64,000 nucleotides of DNA from Mobula hypostoma. Taxonomy: Eukaryota. Location of the stretch: positions 51,274,001-51,338,000 of the forward strand of contig NC_086110.1 in assembly GCF_963921235.1 (NCBI RefSeq), given 5' to 3'. Shown piece by piece: positions 12,967-50,849 of the stretch. Every line of letters begins with the position of its first letter. Within the stretch, counting starts at the first letter, position 1. Made by a program: the position numbers and the translations under genes. A model generated the notes under the pieces. The model did not search any database and was not told where the DNA came from. It was given only the letters and a program-made list of their open reading frames with translations.

Positions 12967-14001
12967 ACTTTTTCAGGAGCCTATGTGTACCACCTAAAAC
13001 CTACAATCTGTAATGAAGACCTTGAAAGAATTTTTAAGAGAATGGGCTATCGGGTAAAGGATAATCTTGAACTTGAAGTGGGGGATCTTCCACATGCTTC
13101 ACAATTGATAAGTCTAGCGTTTAACTTCTTTGTTGCAAGGACTGAATGTGAAATCTTGTTAGAAGTCATTGGAAAACTTGGCTACTGTAAGGTTTCAGTA
13201 GAAGAACTGCTTTTACAAAGAAAATTGATGACCAATATTGACGCCTGTGTTGAAAGGCTAAACCGGACCTGTTCTACTTCTGAGACCCAGAGAGGAAAGC
13301 AACTTCAAAGAACACTTGCATCTGTCTCTAATGCAGAAGATATCTATATGGATTCAGGGTCTAATCCTAGTGCAAATCATCAAACCGATTCTCCTTCTCA
13401 GCAGGAATACAATAGAAGCACAATCCCCTTGGCAATGCATGTAGAGTACAGGCCTTATAGTAGTGACCAGTATAAGGATGAAACTTGCAACAAGCACATT
13501 ACTAGAATCTCTGGTAATGAGCACATTCCTCCTTCGAATATTGAAGACAATAAATTTGAGGAATCTCAAGACCTACATAAAACCACAGCTGAGTTTAAAT
13601 CTGTTGGTGAGCCCGATACAGCTGGAGATGTTTTGGATCTGAAAAAATACTTAAAGCATAATTGTCTTGACAGTGGTGAATCAGTTCGCTACTGTTGTGA
13701 TACATGTTGCACAGCTCACACCATTTCCTGTAACAGTATGAAAACCTGCATGGATCATGTCCTCAGATTTTTTGAAGCTGCAGACTCTGTTTGTCTCCAA
13801 CAGGCTGAAGGTGCTTGCAGTAACTTGGCGCAGTCATCAAATGCAGGCATACTAAAAGTAGATCCTGCCTGTGTAGTGTGTAAGGCATTAGCCACATACA
13901 TTTGTTGTGAATGTGGCATGTGTAAGTGTACATACTGTGGTTACCAATCTATACTAGTATGTCAGAAATGTGACAAGATGCTTGAGAAGTTAAGATCCTG
14001 A
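12967..14001 (+). CDS. SPATA2L: SPATA2-like protein, coding exon 2 (PUB C-part, linker, Cys-rich C-terminus); whole protein 447 aa
   Basis: Acceptor ..TTTTTAAAAG|ACT gives TFSGAYVYHLK in phase 0, continuing the PUB motif IKTFSG. Open to TGA at 14001. Contains HNCL..CCDTC..H..C, as recalled for SPATA2L. Confidence 0.92.
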   Translation, partial: TFSGAYVYHLKPTICNEDLERIFKRMGYRVKDNLELEVGDLPHASQLISLAFNFFVARTECEILLEVIGKLGYCKVSVEELLLQRKLMTNIDACVERLNRTCSTSETQRGKQLQRTLASVSNAEDIYMDSGSNPSANHQTDSPSQQEYNRSTIPLAMHVEYRPYSSDQYKDETCNKHITRISGNEHIPPSNIEDNKFEESQDLHKTTAEFKSVGEPDTAGDVLDLKKYLKHNCLDSGESVRYCCDTCCTAHTISCNSMKTCMDHVLRFFEAADSVCLQQAEGACSNLAQSSNAGILKVDPACVVCKALATYICCECGMCKCTYCGYQSILVCQKCDKMLEKLRS

Positions 14002-16180
14002 TTGTGTTCGGACACCGACACAAGTTTATGGTAAAACGGTAGGGTGTATACAAGTGATTTATGTGAATGGGCAGTAAAATAGTATCACTTTGAGAAATGA
14101 TTGCTTGTGAAAACATTTTGATTTGTAAAGTTTTCATCATATAAGAATTTTTGTCTTTGATCAAATGTACTCTGCAGACTCGAGTACCTATCATTTTCCA
14201 TTAAACTGTTTGAATCTGAAAGTGCCTGATACTTATGGCAAGGTGCACAGTCAAATTTTACATGTTTAATATTGGCTGTTCGGGTTAACTTGCAGAAGAG
14301 GAAATGAAAATCTACATCTCTTTTGAGGTCGATTGTCTTAAATTTCCCAAACGTAAACAGTTAACTGTGTGTTAGTACGATAGTCATATGCACAATGTTA
14401 AAATAGGGAAGAAATATTATGTGCAAACATTTGACTTTGAAGCATCAGCGAAAAAATACCATTGGACTAAAAATGTCATTACTTTTAGATAATATTTCTG
14501 ATGATGACAATTCTGATCATTACAATGGTTTACAGTGAGAAGGGCAAAGGCATCAATGTTGCCAGCTTGTAGCTCTTTCCCCCTTCTGAGGGTTACCAGC
14601 CTGAGCAGATCCCATCGTGTTTGCACAGTAAAACCTGAGGACCTTTGACAATTTACTCTTGTCTAATGTCTTTTAAGCTACCACTGCTCATCGTTTTCAA
14701 AACCTTCCTGTATTCTTTCCTGTAATTCTACTGGTGCTTTCCCAGATTCAAAAGAACCTGTTCTGAACTTCGATATTCACTCTTTGGACTCCAAATTAGA
14801 TCTTTTCACCTATTGTCTCAACCAGTACAGTATTTTAACAACTTGTACTGTTTTTGGCACTTAACTAAATTTCACATACTAACAGCAGTATCAGGACATC
14901 AACAGTAACAAAACAAAATTCATTAATGGTTACAGTCATGCATCGCTTAATAAGAACTAAGATTCATTTCCTTCTAGAAGGAACATTTGGAAGCAATAGT
15001 TCTGAACGTGTTTTGCTGGTTGGTCAAATCATAGCTGTTTTTTAACATCTGTGTCAATTAAAAAACCTGATACTTTGTTTTTCTTCATAGATTTTAATCT
15101 GTTTTGAATGCACTCACTAACTCGGCCTCTACAGAAATTGGAGAATTCCAAAGACTCAATGCTTTCTCTAACAGAAGAAATTTCTTCTCATCTGCCCAAA
15201 ATAGTTCATCCTTTGTGTGTTTTGACTTGTTGGGTCTAGACAGTTCGACCAGGGAAAGCATCTTGTATCTACCTTGCCAAGCCCCATAAACATTTTATTT
15301 CACTGAAATGACCATTGATGCTTCTAATTTCTCCTTGCAGGATAATCCCAGGAATTAATCTGATGACCCATCATAACATCCTCCCTATTGCAAGTATACC
15401 CTTCCCTTTGGGTAAGGAGACTAGAATGGTAATGGTCTGTTGGGGCTGTGTAGAATTGAAATATGAGGTCTTTACTCTTGCACTTAAAGCCTCTTGTAAT
15501 AAAAGTCAATGTAGCAATTACATTCTTAGTTTTTGTAACTGCATTCATTTTCAATGATTCCTATACAAGGAAGCTGAACAACACCCCTTTTCAATCTTCC
15601 ATCATTTTAAATTATGTAATATTAACTATAACTAATATTTTCTTATCTATAGAAGCTTTTTTAGTTCGTTTTGATATCCTGTTAATTGTTCCCATTCTTG
15701 TTAATGTCTTGTTCCTCCATTCACTTCTAAAATTATTCAGTTTTCTTGTAATAAAACCAATTCCTCTTGCAGTATTACTAATATTTCTTGATTTTCAACC
15801 ATTCACTTTATGAATTTTCACTGTAGCACACAAAATGCTGGCGGAGCTCAGCTGGTCAGCTCGCGTCTATGGAAATGAATAAACAGTTAATGTTTCGGGC
15901 TCAACGCTCTTTGTAACTACTTGCTTAACTGAATATTGTAACAAACTTCCTATTCTGTTTTACGCAGCCTTTTCTGATTACAAAATTTAACTTCATGTAT
16001 TCCTGGAAAATATTTCATTCATTTTTGCAGATTCATCAATAGTAATGTATTCTGGAAAACTGGATACTTTTTCCCTCTTGGTTTGTGTCGTAAAGGGAAT
16101 ATTTGCTGTGAATTACATTCTCAAGTTAACCATTACTTACTGTTGTGTCTGGCTTTCAGTACTACTTGTAAATATGATGG

Positions 16181-16310
16181 CTGTAAGGTTTCAGTAGAAG
16201 AAATGCTTTTACAAAGAAAATGGATGACCAGTGTTGACGCCTGTGTTGAAAGGCTAAACCGGACCTGTTCTGTTTCTGAGACTCAGAGAGAAAAGCAATT
16301 TCAGAGAACA
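16181..16310 (+). pseudogene. 130-bp duplicated fragment of SPATA2L exon 2 (copy of 13185-13314)
   Basis: Gap-free alignment with 10 mismatches in 130 nt by hand count: CKVSVEEMLLQRKWMTSVDACVERLNRTCS vs CKVSVEELLLQRKLMTNIDACVERLNRTCS. Confidence 0.9.
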
Positions 16311-18614
16311 TTTTGCCTTGCAGTTACCAAAGGCTTCCTTCATGAATGTTATATTCCTTTATATGGACTTGAGAGTTCCTTGAAACACACTCGCATTTGT
16401 TTTATTGCACTGCACTCTCAGTCCTGAATGGTCCTCTGATGATTGAGTGCATTCAGATAGTTTTCAATTGTCTGTCTTGTCCTAGTGAGACAGTTCCCCC
16501 TTCCCAGTTGCAATGTCAGTGCTCTATTAAGACCCATTTCTTCCACACCAGTATTTGACATGTGTTTTTAACTCTCTTGGGTACAATCTGGCAAAGGGGT
16601 CTCTCAGTTGGATGTTAAACAAGATATCAATTATTATCCAGTCTGGTTTGCTTCTTAATTTGGTACCTGGCTGTTTAGTCTAGTCAAATCCCCTTGCTCC
16701 CTAAGAGATACACACCTCCTCAATTTTAGCTAAAATTGAAGTTGAAAAAGCCAAGACCATATTGAAGTGTATAATGGATTTATTATGGAGATTTGACCAT
16801 GTAGTATGGAAGTTCTATAAAATCCCCCTTGTTGAAATATAGGTTAGATTATACTCCACTTGCCCTGTGGCCACACTGATGTTCTGCAGCTGTGTGGAAC
16901 TGCAAGTCTCACTCCTATGGCATCCTGTGGAATTGAGAAGTCTGCCAGTAGTGACTTGGTGTCAGGCAAATGGATTGGAAGTCCAGTCCTAAACACCCGA
17001 TTGCCATAAAGTATAAAGGGATCAAACGTTAACTGCATCTGGTCCTCAACTCAGCACCAATTAAGCTGTGCTACTGGACTTGAAAATGAGTAAGCAGGTG
17101 AGCCAGAAGTCAAATGTGTTGTTGCAGTGTTTTCCTCATTTCACCTAGCAACATGCGCACACTGATAGTCATATAAATGTATTGATCTGGGGAACAGGAT
17201 CTTGCTAAACGTTCCTTTCCCATCTGCCAGCACAAAGTATATTTCAGCACAACACAAGTTTTTCTGGTAACTAAACAGAATTGTCCTTTTCTAATTTAAT
17301 ATTCAGGAGAGATGGATCTAAGTAATCAAATGTGTCATTTGGAACCAGGTTTATTGTCACTGACCTATGCTGTGAAATTTGTTTTGCAGCAGTAGTGCAG
17401 TGAAAGACATAAAACTCACTAAGTAACAAAATAGTGCAAAAGGCAAATAGTAAGATGGTGTTCATGGACCATTTAGAAATCTAGTGAAGGGAAGAAGCAG
17501 TTCTTAAAACGATGTGTAGGTCTTCAAGTACTGTATCTCTCTCCGATGGTATTTTACTGTGTCTGATACCATCTGTGGTTGAATACAATGGTGGAATCCA
17601 ACTGTACAAATACTAATTAATACATGAAAAGAAACATCTGATCAAAGCCAAAACAACATAGAACTATGATAAGAGGGGAGCATCACAGCATAAGTATTGC
17701 AATTACATGCCTAAAAAACTTAAGCTTGTGGAATTTTTTTAAATTCAAGTAGCTGACTACACATTATGAAAGACTTAATTTAAAATAAGTGACAATTTGT
17801 TGAAATATTTGTTTTTTTGTGCATTAAGTAGTTTTAAATAGTTGGATAGTTTGATAATTCAGACCCTTGTCTCTTCTGCACCTGGATTATCTCTGGCTTG
17901 GTTAGTTCACTAATGTCCAGCTGGGATGAAACGATACACCCTCTGGCTCTCAAGTGTAATCTGACAGAATGTATAATAGATTGATTTAAAAAATACATAA
18001 TGACAATATACTTTTCAAAAATCTTAGTGATTACAGAACACTGATCTTCCTGAATAGCATTCTCAATTCGAATGCAGCATTCTGCACAACCACACACAGC
18101 CTTACGAAAGTGTAATAGTTGTCTGTAAAATCTTTTCACGTTCTGAGGTTTGGTATATAAAATTCATGAAAATATCACTGTCAATTAAATAACCAGTCAA
18201 TTTCCCTTATTCTTGCACAAGAAATACTGGAACACCAGCTTTTTGATACAGATTGTTTACATTGTAAAAGTTAAAACTTTTCAATAAATGTAGCCTTTTC
18301 TCGAGAAATTTTCAACTGAGATTGAAAAGTATGAAATGGTTTCATACCTTGAATTCAATGCTTTGAATACAAAAAGAGGAAGAGAAATGAACATCAAGTG
18401 CTTAATGGAAAATTTTGAAAAGATGTTTGACATACTTGCAAAGCATCAAACCATCCACTTAAATTTAAAACAGCACTGCAGAGTTGTTTCATTCCTGTAA
18501 TTTGATGACTACTTTCTGGTGGAGAAGTTTATTGTCATAAAACAAAATACAAAATCCACTGAACAAAAGACAGTTACACTGGAAGATGGTTTCCAGGTCA
18601 CCAGAATCAATGAA

Positions 18615-45362
<26,748 letters not shown>

Positions 45363-45630
45363 GATCTCGGAGCAGCTCCAGAACCAGCCGTAGTTGGCCA
45401 AGCGGCGGCTCTACCAGGGTTTGCGCTGTGATGGCCAACCACCGCCCAGCGCGTTTTGGAGTTACTGGCCCGGGTTGTTTATTTATCTCCAAAAGTAAAC
45501 GTTATTCACAATAAAAATGTACAGAAGATGAGTACGTATGCTGAAATGCTGTTTACATTCTTGGTACGATCGATACACAATCCGCCAATCGATTTACACC
45601 TCTCCTCAGTACACCAATTGAAATTGGTTT
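45363..45630 (-). promoter_or_regulatory. CDK10 5'UTR / proximal promoter
   Basis: CpG-rich at about 45200-45470, directly upstream of the ATG. CCAAT/ATTGG boxes at about 45585-45627. Confidence 0.55.
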
Positions 45631-45663
45631 CTTATTGTCACATGCACCGAGGTAGAATGAAAA

Positions 45664-45760
45664 CAACACACCTCAAAGTTGCTGGTGAATGCAGCAGGCC
45701 AGGCAGCACTTCTAGAAAGAGGTGCAGTCGACGTTTCAGGCCAAGACCCTTCGTCAGGAC
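45664..45760 (-). mobile_element. 97-bp Penelope pLTR insertion carrying an intact minimal hammerhead motif
   Basis: 11-bp TSD TAGAATGAAAA at 45653-45663 and 45761-45771. Confidence 0.85.
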
Positions 45761-45761
45761 T
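45726..45761 (-). ncRNA. Minimal type-I hammerhead ribozyme motif (Penelope-associated)
   Basis: - strand AGUC CUGACGA A GGGUCUUGGCCU GAAA CGUC GACU: stem I, catalytic core, stem II and palindromic ACGU stem III. Confidence 0.75.
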
Positions 45762-45784
45762 AGAATGAAAAGTTTGTTTTGCGT

Positions 45785-46004
45785 CAACAAGAGGAATTCT
45801 GCAGATGCTGGAAATTCAAGCAACACACGTGAAAGTTGCTGGTGAATGCAGCAGGCCTGGCAGCATCTCTAGGAAGAGGTACAGTCGATGTTTCGGGCCG
45901 AGACCCTTCGTCAGGACTAGGGTCTTGGCCCGAAACATCGACTGTACCTCTTCCTGGAGATGCTGCCAGGCCTGCTGCGTTCACCAGCAACTTTGGTATG
46001 TGTG
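45785..46004. mobile_element. Penelope pLTR fold-back (inverted) insertion
   Basis: 13-bp TSD GTTTGTTTTGCGT at 45772-45784 and 46005-46017. 76-bp arms at 45832-45907 and 45919-45994. Confidence 0.88.
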
Positions 46005-46049
46005 GTTTGTTTTGCGTGCTGTTCATCAGTTCATATCTGTTCTGTACAA

Positions 46050-48920
46050 GGTTAAGTAGAAAGATTGCAGAGTGAATTAACAGCTGAACTATAGTTACAG
46101 CAGGATGGGAACCAGAGTGCCAGAACAGTTAGTGGAGAGGTTGTGGAGACAGATATAGCTAAGACCTTAAGACAAAATTTAGGAATCAGAAGGTTGAGCA
46201 TGGTGCGATCAGAGTCTTGAGCTGCGTATATTTCAATGCAAGAAGAATTCAGGGCATGGATCAACACCTGGAATTATGATATTGTAGCCATTAGGTGAGA
46301 CGTGGTTGCAGGAGAGGCAAGACTGGCCCCCCAGTGTCCCGGGGTTCCGTTGATTTACGTGACAGAACGGAAGGGATTAGAGGAGGGGAAGACCTGGAAA
46401 ATATCACGGCAGTGATCAGTCAGGATAGGCTGGAGAACTCGTCTGGTGAGGCGTTATGGACGGAACTGAGAAATATTGGGGCTATATTACAGACCATACA
46501 ACAATCCGAAGGATTTAGAGGAACAAATATGTAGAGAGATGGCCGACTGTTGCAAGAAACATAAGGTTGTTATCAAAAACACGAGAAAACCTGCAGAGGC
46601 TGGAAATCCAAACCAACACACGCAAAATGCTGGAGGGTCGTTACAGTAGATGATTTTTAACTTCCCACACATTGACTGGGATTCCCATAGGACTAGATGG
46701 GATAGAGTTTGTCAAAGGTGTTCAGGAAAGTTCCTTAATCAGTTCATAGAAGTCCCAGAGACAACTGCTGTTAGGGAATGAGACGGGCTGTTGACAGAAG
46801 TCTGTATAGTGGAGCACTTTGCATCTAACGATCACAATGCCATTAGTTTCAAAGTGAATAATCCAAAAAGATAGGTCAAGGAGAAAGGCCAATTTTGATG
46901 GTACCGGAAAGGATATGGCAAGTGTGGATTGGGACAGGCTGTTTTCCGGTAAGTGGGAGGTGTAAATGGGAGGCCATCAAAAGTGAAATTTTGAGAGTAC
47001 AAAGCTTATATATGTCTGTCAGAATAAAAGGTAACATAGCAGGTGTAGAGTTTTCAAGATATTTGGAAGCCCTGGTTAAGAAAAAAAAAAGGAGGTGCAT
47101 TGCAGGTATAGACAGGAGCAAATGAGGTGCTTATGGAGTATAAGAAATGCAAGAGAGCACTTAAGAAAGAAATCAGGGGGGCTAAAAGAAGGCATGAAGT
47201 TGCCCTAGCAGACAAGGTGAAGGAGAATCTTAAAGGATTCTACAGATATGGTAAGAGCAAAAGGATTGCAAGGGACGACATTGTTCATATGGAAGATCAG
47301 AATACATGATGCCAAAGAATTACAGGGGAGGAGATGTTTGCTGTCGTGAAGCAAATTAGAATGGATAGATTCCCAGAGCCCGGCAACGTGTTCCCTCGGA
47401 GCCTGTGGGAGGCAAGTGCAGAAATTGCCGGAACCCTAGCAGGGATACTTAAATCATCCTTCGTGACACGTGAGGTACCACAGGATTGGAGGATGGCCAA
47501 TGTTGTTCGGCTGTTCAAGAAAGGCTCTAAAAATTATCTAATAAATTATAGGCTGGTGAGGCTAACTTCAACAGTGGGAAACTTGTTGGAAGGTATTCTA
47601 ATACCTTATTGGATATTAATTCTTATTGGATATATCAGTACTTGGATAGACATGGACTGATTAAGAATAGTCAGCATGGTTTAGTGCATCGTAGGTCATG
47701 TCTAACCAATCTTGTAGTGTTTTTCAAGGAAGTTACCAGGAAAGTGGATGAAGGCAAGGCAGTGGATGTCACCTACATGGATTTTAGCAAGGCATTTGAC
47801 AAAGTCCTGCTTTGGAAGTTGGTCAAGAAGGTTCAGTTGCTCGGCATTCAAGATGAGGCAGTATATTGGATTAGACATTGGCTTAGTGAGAGAAGCCAGA
47901 GGGTGGGAGTAGATAGTTGCCTCTCTCACAGGAGGCCTGTGACTAATGGTGTGCTGCAGGGATCGGTGCTGGGTCAGTTGTCATCTGTATCAATGATCTG
48001 AATGATAATGTGATTAACTGGATCAACAAGATTGCAGATGACACCAGGATTCAGGGTATAGTGGACAGCAAGGAAGGCTATCATGGCTTGCTGCGGGATG
48101 TGGATCGGCTGGAAAAATGGGCTGAAAGATGGCAGATGGAATTTAATGCAGACAAGTGTGAGGTTTTGCACTTCGGTAGGACCAACCAGGGTAGGTCTTA
48201 CACAGTAGGGCACTGAGGAGTGCAATATAACAAAGGGATCTGGGAATACAGGTCCATAATTCATTGAAAGTGGTGTCGCAGGTAGATAGGGTCGTAAAGA
48301 AAGTTTTTGGCACATTGGCCTTCATAAATCAAAGTATTGAGTACAGGAGATGGGATGTTATGTTGAAGCTGTAAAAGAGATTCATGAGGCCTAATTTGGA
48401 GTATTGTGTGCAGTTTTGGTCATCTACCTACCAGAAAGATGTAAATAAGTTTGAATGAGCATAGAGAAAATTTACAAAGATATTGCCATGTCTAGAGGAC
48501 CTGAGTTATAAGGAAAGGTTGAATAGGTTAGGAATTTATTCAATAGAATGTAGAAGATTGAGAGGATATTTGATAAAGGTATATAAAATTATGAAGAGTA
48601 TAGATGGGGTAAATGCAAGCAGGCTTTTTCCACTGAGGTTGTGTGGGACTACAACCAGAGATCATGAGTTAAGGGTGAAAGGTGAAAAGTTTAAGGGAAA
48701 CATCTTCACTCAGAGGGTTGTAAGAGAGTGGAACAAGTTGCTAGCACAAGTGGTGCTTGCAAGCTCGATTCCAACGTTTAGGAAAGGTTTGGATAAGTAC
48801 GTGGATGGTAGGGGTATGGCTGGTGCAAGTCGATGGAGGTAGGCAGTTTAAATGCTTCAGCACAGACTAGATGGGTTGAAGGGCCTGTTTTTGTGCTGTT
48901 CTTTTCTATCAATTGTATGA
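46050..48920 (+). mobile_element. CR1 LINE, 5'-truncated and decayed (ORF2 endonuclease to 3' tail)
   Basis: NYRLVRLTS, YMDFSKAFDKV, GVLQGSVLG, KIADDT, WQMEFNADKCEVLHFG; CR1 tail at about 48920. Confidence 0.9.
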
Positions 48921-49389
48921 CTCAACAGAGAAAGTGCGATGCAGGTAAATAATGAGATGCAAGATCATAACGAGGTAGACTGAGAGATCAAGAGTCCACC
49001 TTATCCTAATGGGGAACCATTCAATAATGGGGTAGATGATGCCCTGAGCCTGGTAGTAGATGCTTTCAGACTTTTGTATCTTCTGTCCTGGGGAAGGGGG
49101 AGAAGAGAGAATGTCTGTGGTGGGTGGGGTCTCTGATTATGCTGACTACTTTATTGTTTTCACACTACTCTACATCTTTTTACACTGGGTATCTCCTCTC
49201 TCCACTCTCAGGCCTGGTGCCAGGTTTGTGTCTGAAAATTTGATGATCATTTCTTTCCTCCCACAAATGCTGCTCGGTCTGCTGAGTTCTTCCAGCAGAT
49301 GTTGGTTGCTACAGTTTCTGACATAAACATTCTCTTGTGTGTCCATTATAGACGCTGTGTCCCTGGTTCTATGCAGTCAGATCATCAAA

Positions 49390-50460
49390 ATGTCAACAAA
49401 CTAAAGAACTAGCTGTTGGCTTCAGGAAGGAGAAGGAGGGCAAACAGGCAGCAGTCAATATTGGCAAGGGAGAGAACTAGCAGCTTTAAACTTCTGGGTG
49501 TTAACATGTTGGACGACCTGAACTGGGCCCAGCTCAAAGAAGCTATCACAAGGAAAGCAGGGCAGCATCTTTACTTTCATAGCAGGTTAAGGAAGTTTGG
49601 CTTGTCACCAAACACTCTAACAGTTAAACTTCTACAGATGGACTGTTGAAAGCATCCTGACCAGCTGCATCTTGGCCTGGTGTTGCAATTCAGATGCACA
49701 AAAATGTAAGAGGCTGCATGACGGACTCTGCCTAATACATAATGAGCTTATCCCTCCTCTCCACAGGTAATATCTACAGCAGTGTGTGTGTGTGCTCTTA
49801 ACTCCTGGTGGAGTCGTCGGGGCGCCGTCATGACAAGCTTTTGCACCAATCTTTTTTTTGGTATTCTCATCGCACGGCGTGTCTTGGGCATCTGAAACCT
49901 GGCAGAGCCCATCTCTCTCCAGGTTTTTTTTATGAGGTTGAGTTGTTAGCTCAACACTCAACCCTGGCATGGATAGACAGCGTGCAAGGGAGCCGGCTGG
50001 ATTCGAACTCAGGACCTCTCACCCCAAAGTCCAGCTGCGCCACCAGCTGGTATCTACAGAAGGTGCTGTCTCAAAAGGCAGGCATCTTTCAGCAAAGATC
50101 CCACCATCCGGCCCATGTTTTCCTTTTGCAGTTGTCATCAGGCAGGAGGTACAGAAGCCTGAAATTCCACACCACCAGGTTCAAAAATGGCTAGTTCCCT
50201 TCAACCATTCAGTTCATGAACCAGCTAATAAAACCCTGATCACCACAACAGTTTAGCAACACCGTGACCACCCTGATCACTTTGCTCTATGGTGGACTTT
50301 GTTGATTTTGTCCAAATTGTGCTATTTTCTTTTCTTGTAAAAATTAAATAATTTAAGTTTTCCTTGTGAATGCTGCCTGTATGATGCATATTCCTGTAAT
50401 GATGCTGCAAGGGAGGTTTGAATTGCATCTGTACATACATGACTATAAACTCGACTTAAC
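49390..50460 (+). mobile_element. Old Rex1/Babar 3' fragment interrupted by a SINE
   Basis: SFKLLGV..LRKFGLS; SGRRYRSLK..TTRFKN. Confidence 0.7.
49780..50050 (-). mobile_element. Second tRNA-derived SINE family with (CA)n tail
   Basis: B box GAGTTCGAATCC on the - strand; tail ..GAGTTAAGAGCACACACAC. TSD TATCTACAG at 49771-49779 and 50051-50059. Confidence 0.75.
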
Positions 50461-50610
50461 TGGTACACTGATTCCAGATGAACGGTCTCATCTCAACATG
50501 TTAACTGTCCATTTCCATTCCCAGATGCTGTCTGACCCACTAAGTTCCTTCAGCATCTTGTGTGTTGCTCTACATAGTAGTGTCAGCAACTATTTTTGTA
50601 AATAGCACAA

Positions 50611-50849
50611 TGTTGTGAATTCAATATATCAGTAATATTGCAAATATATTGTTTGATTAAGCATTCTTTGTTGTTTAAATAATTCATTATGGCCCCATAT
50701 ACGAAGTCTGAGAATGGTATACGTCGTCATGCCACAGTGTATTACCTATGCACCTCACTTAAGGTAAAAGCGAAGTTAGACTTGTATTCTGGACTCTCCA
50801 TATTTTTTTTTGAAATTATTTTTATGTTTTGGAGTTACAAAACAAAATG
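50611..50849 (+). mobile_element. Possible solo LTR
   Basis: Starts TGTTGTG and is flanked by a 5-bp direct repeat CACAA, but the 3' end is not a clean CA. Confidence 0.35.

Noticed and set aside
15830-15920. Further hammerhead-like remnants (also about 19000, 27040, 50470, 52110, 55778)
   Set aside because: Cores and stems are too decayed or truncated to call; they are old Penelope pLTR debris.
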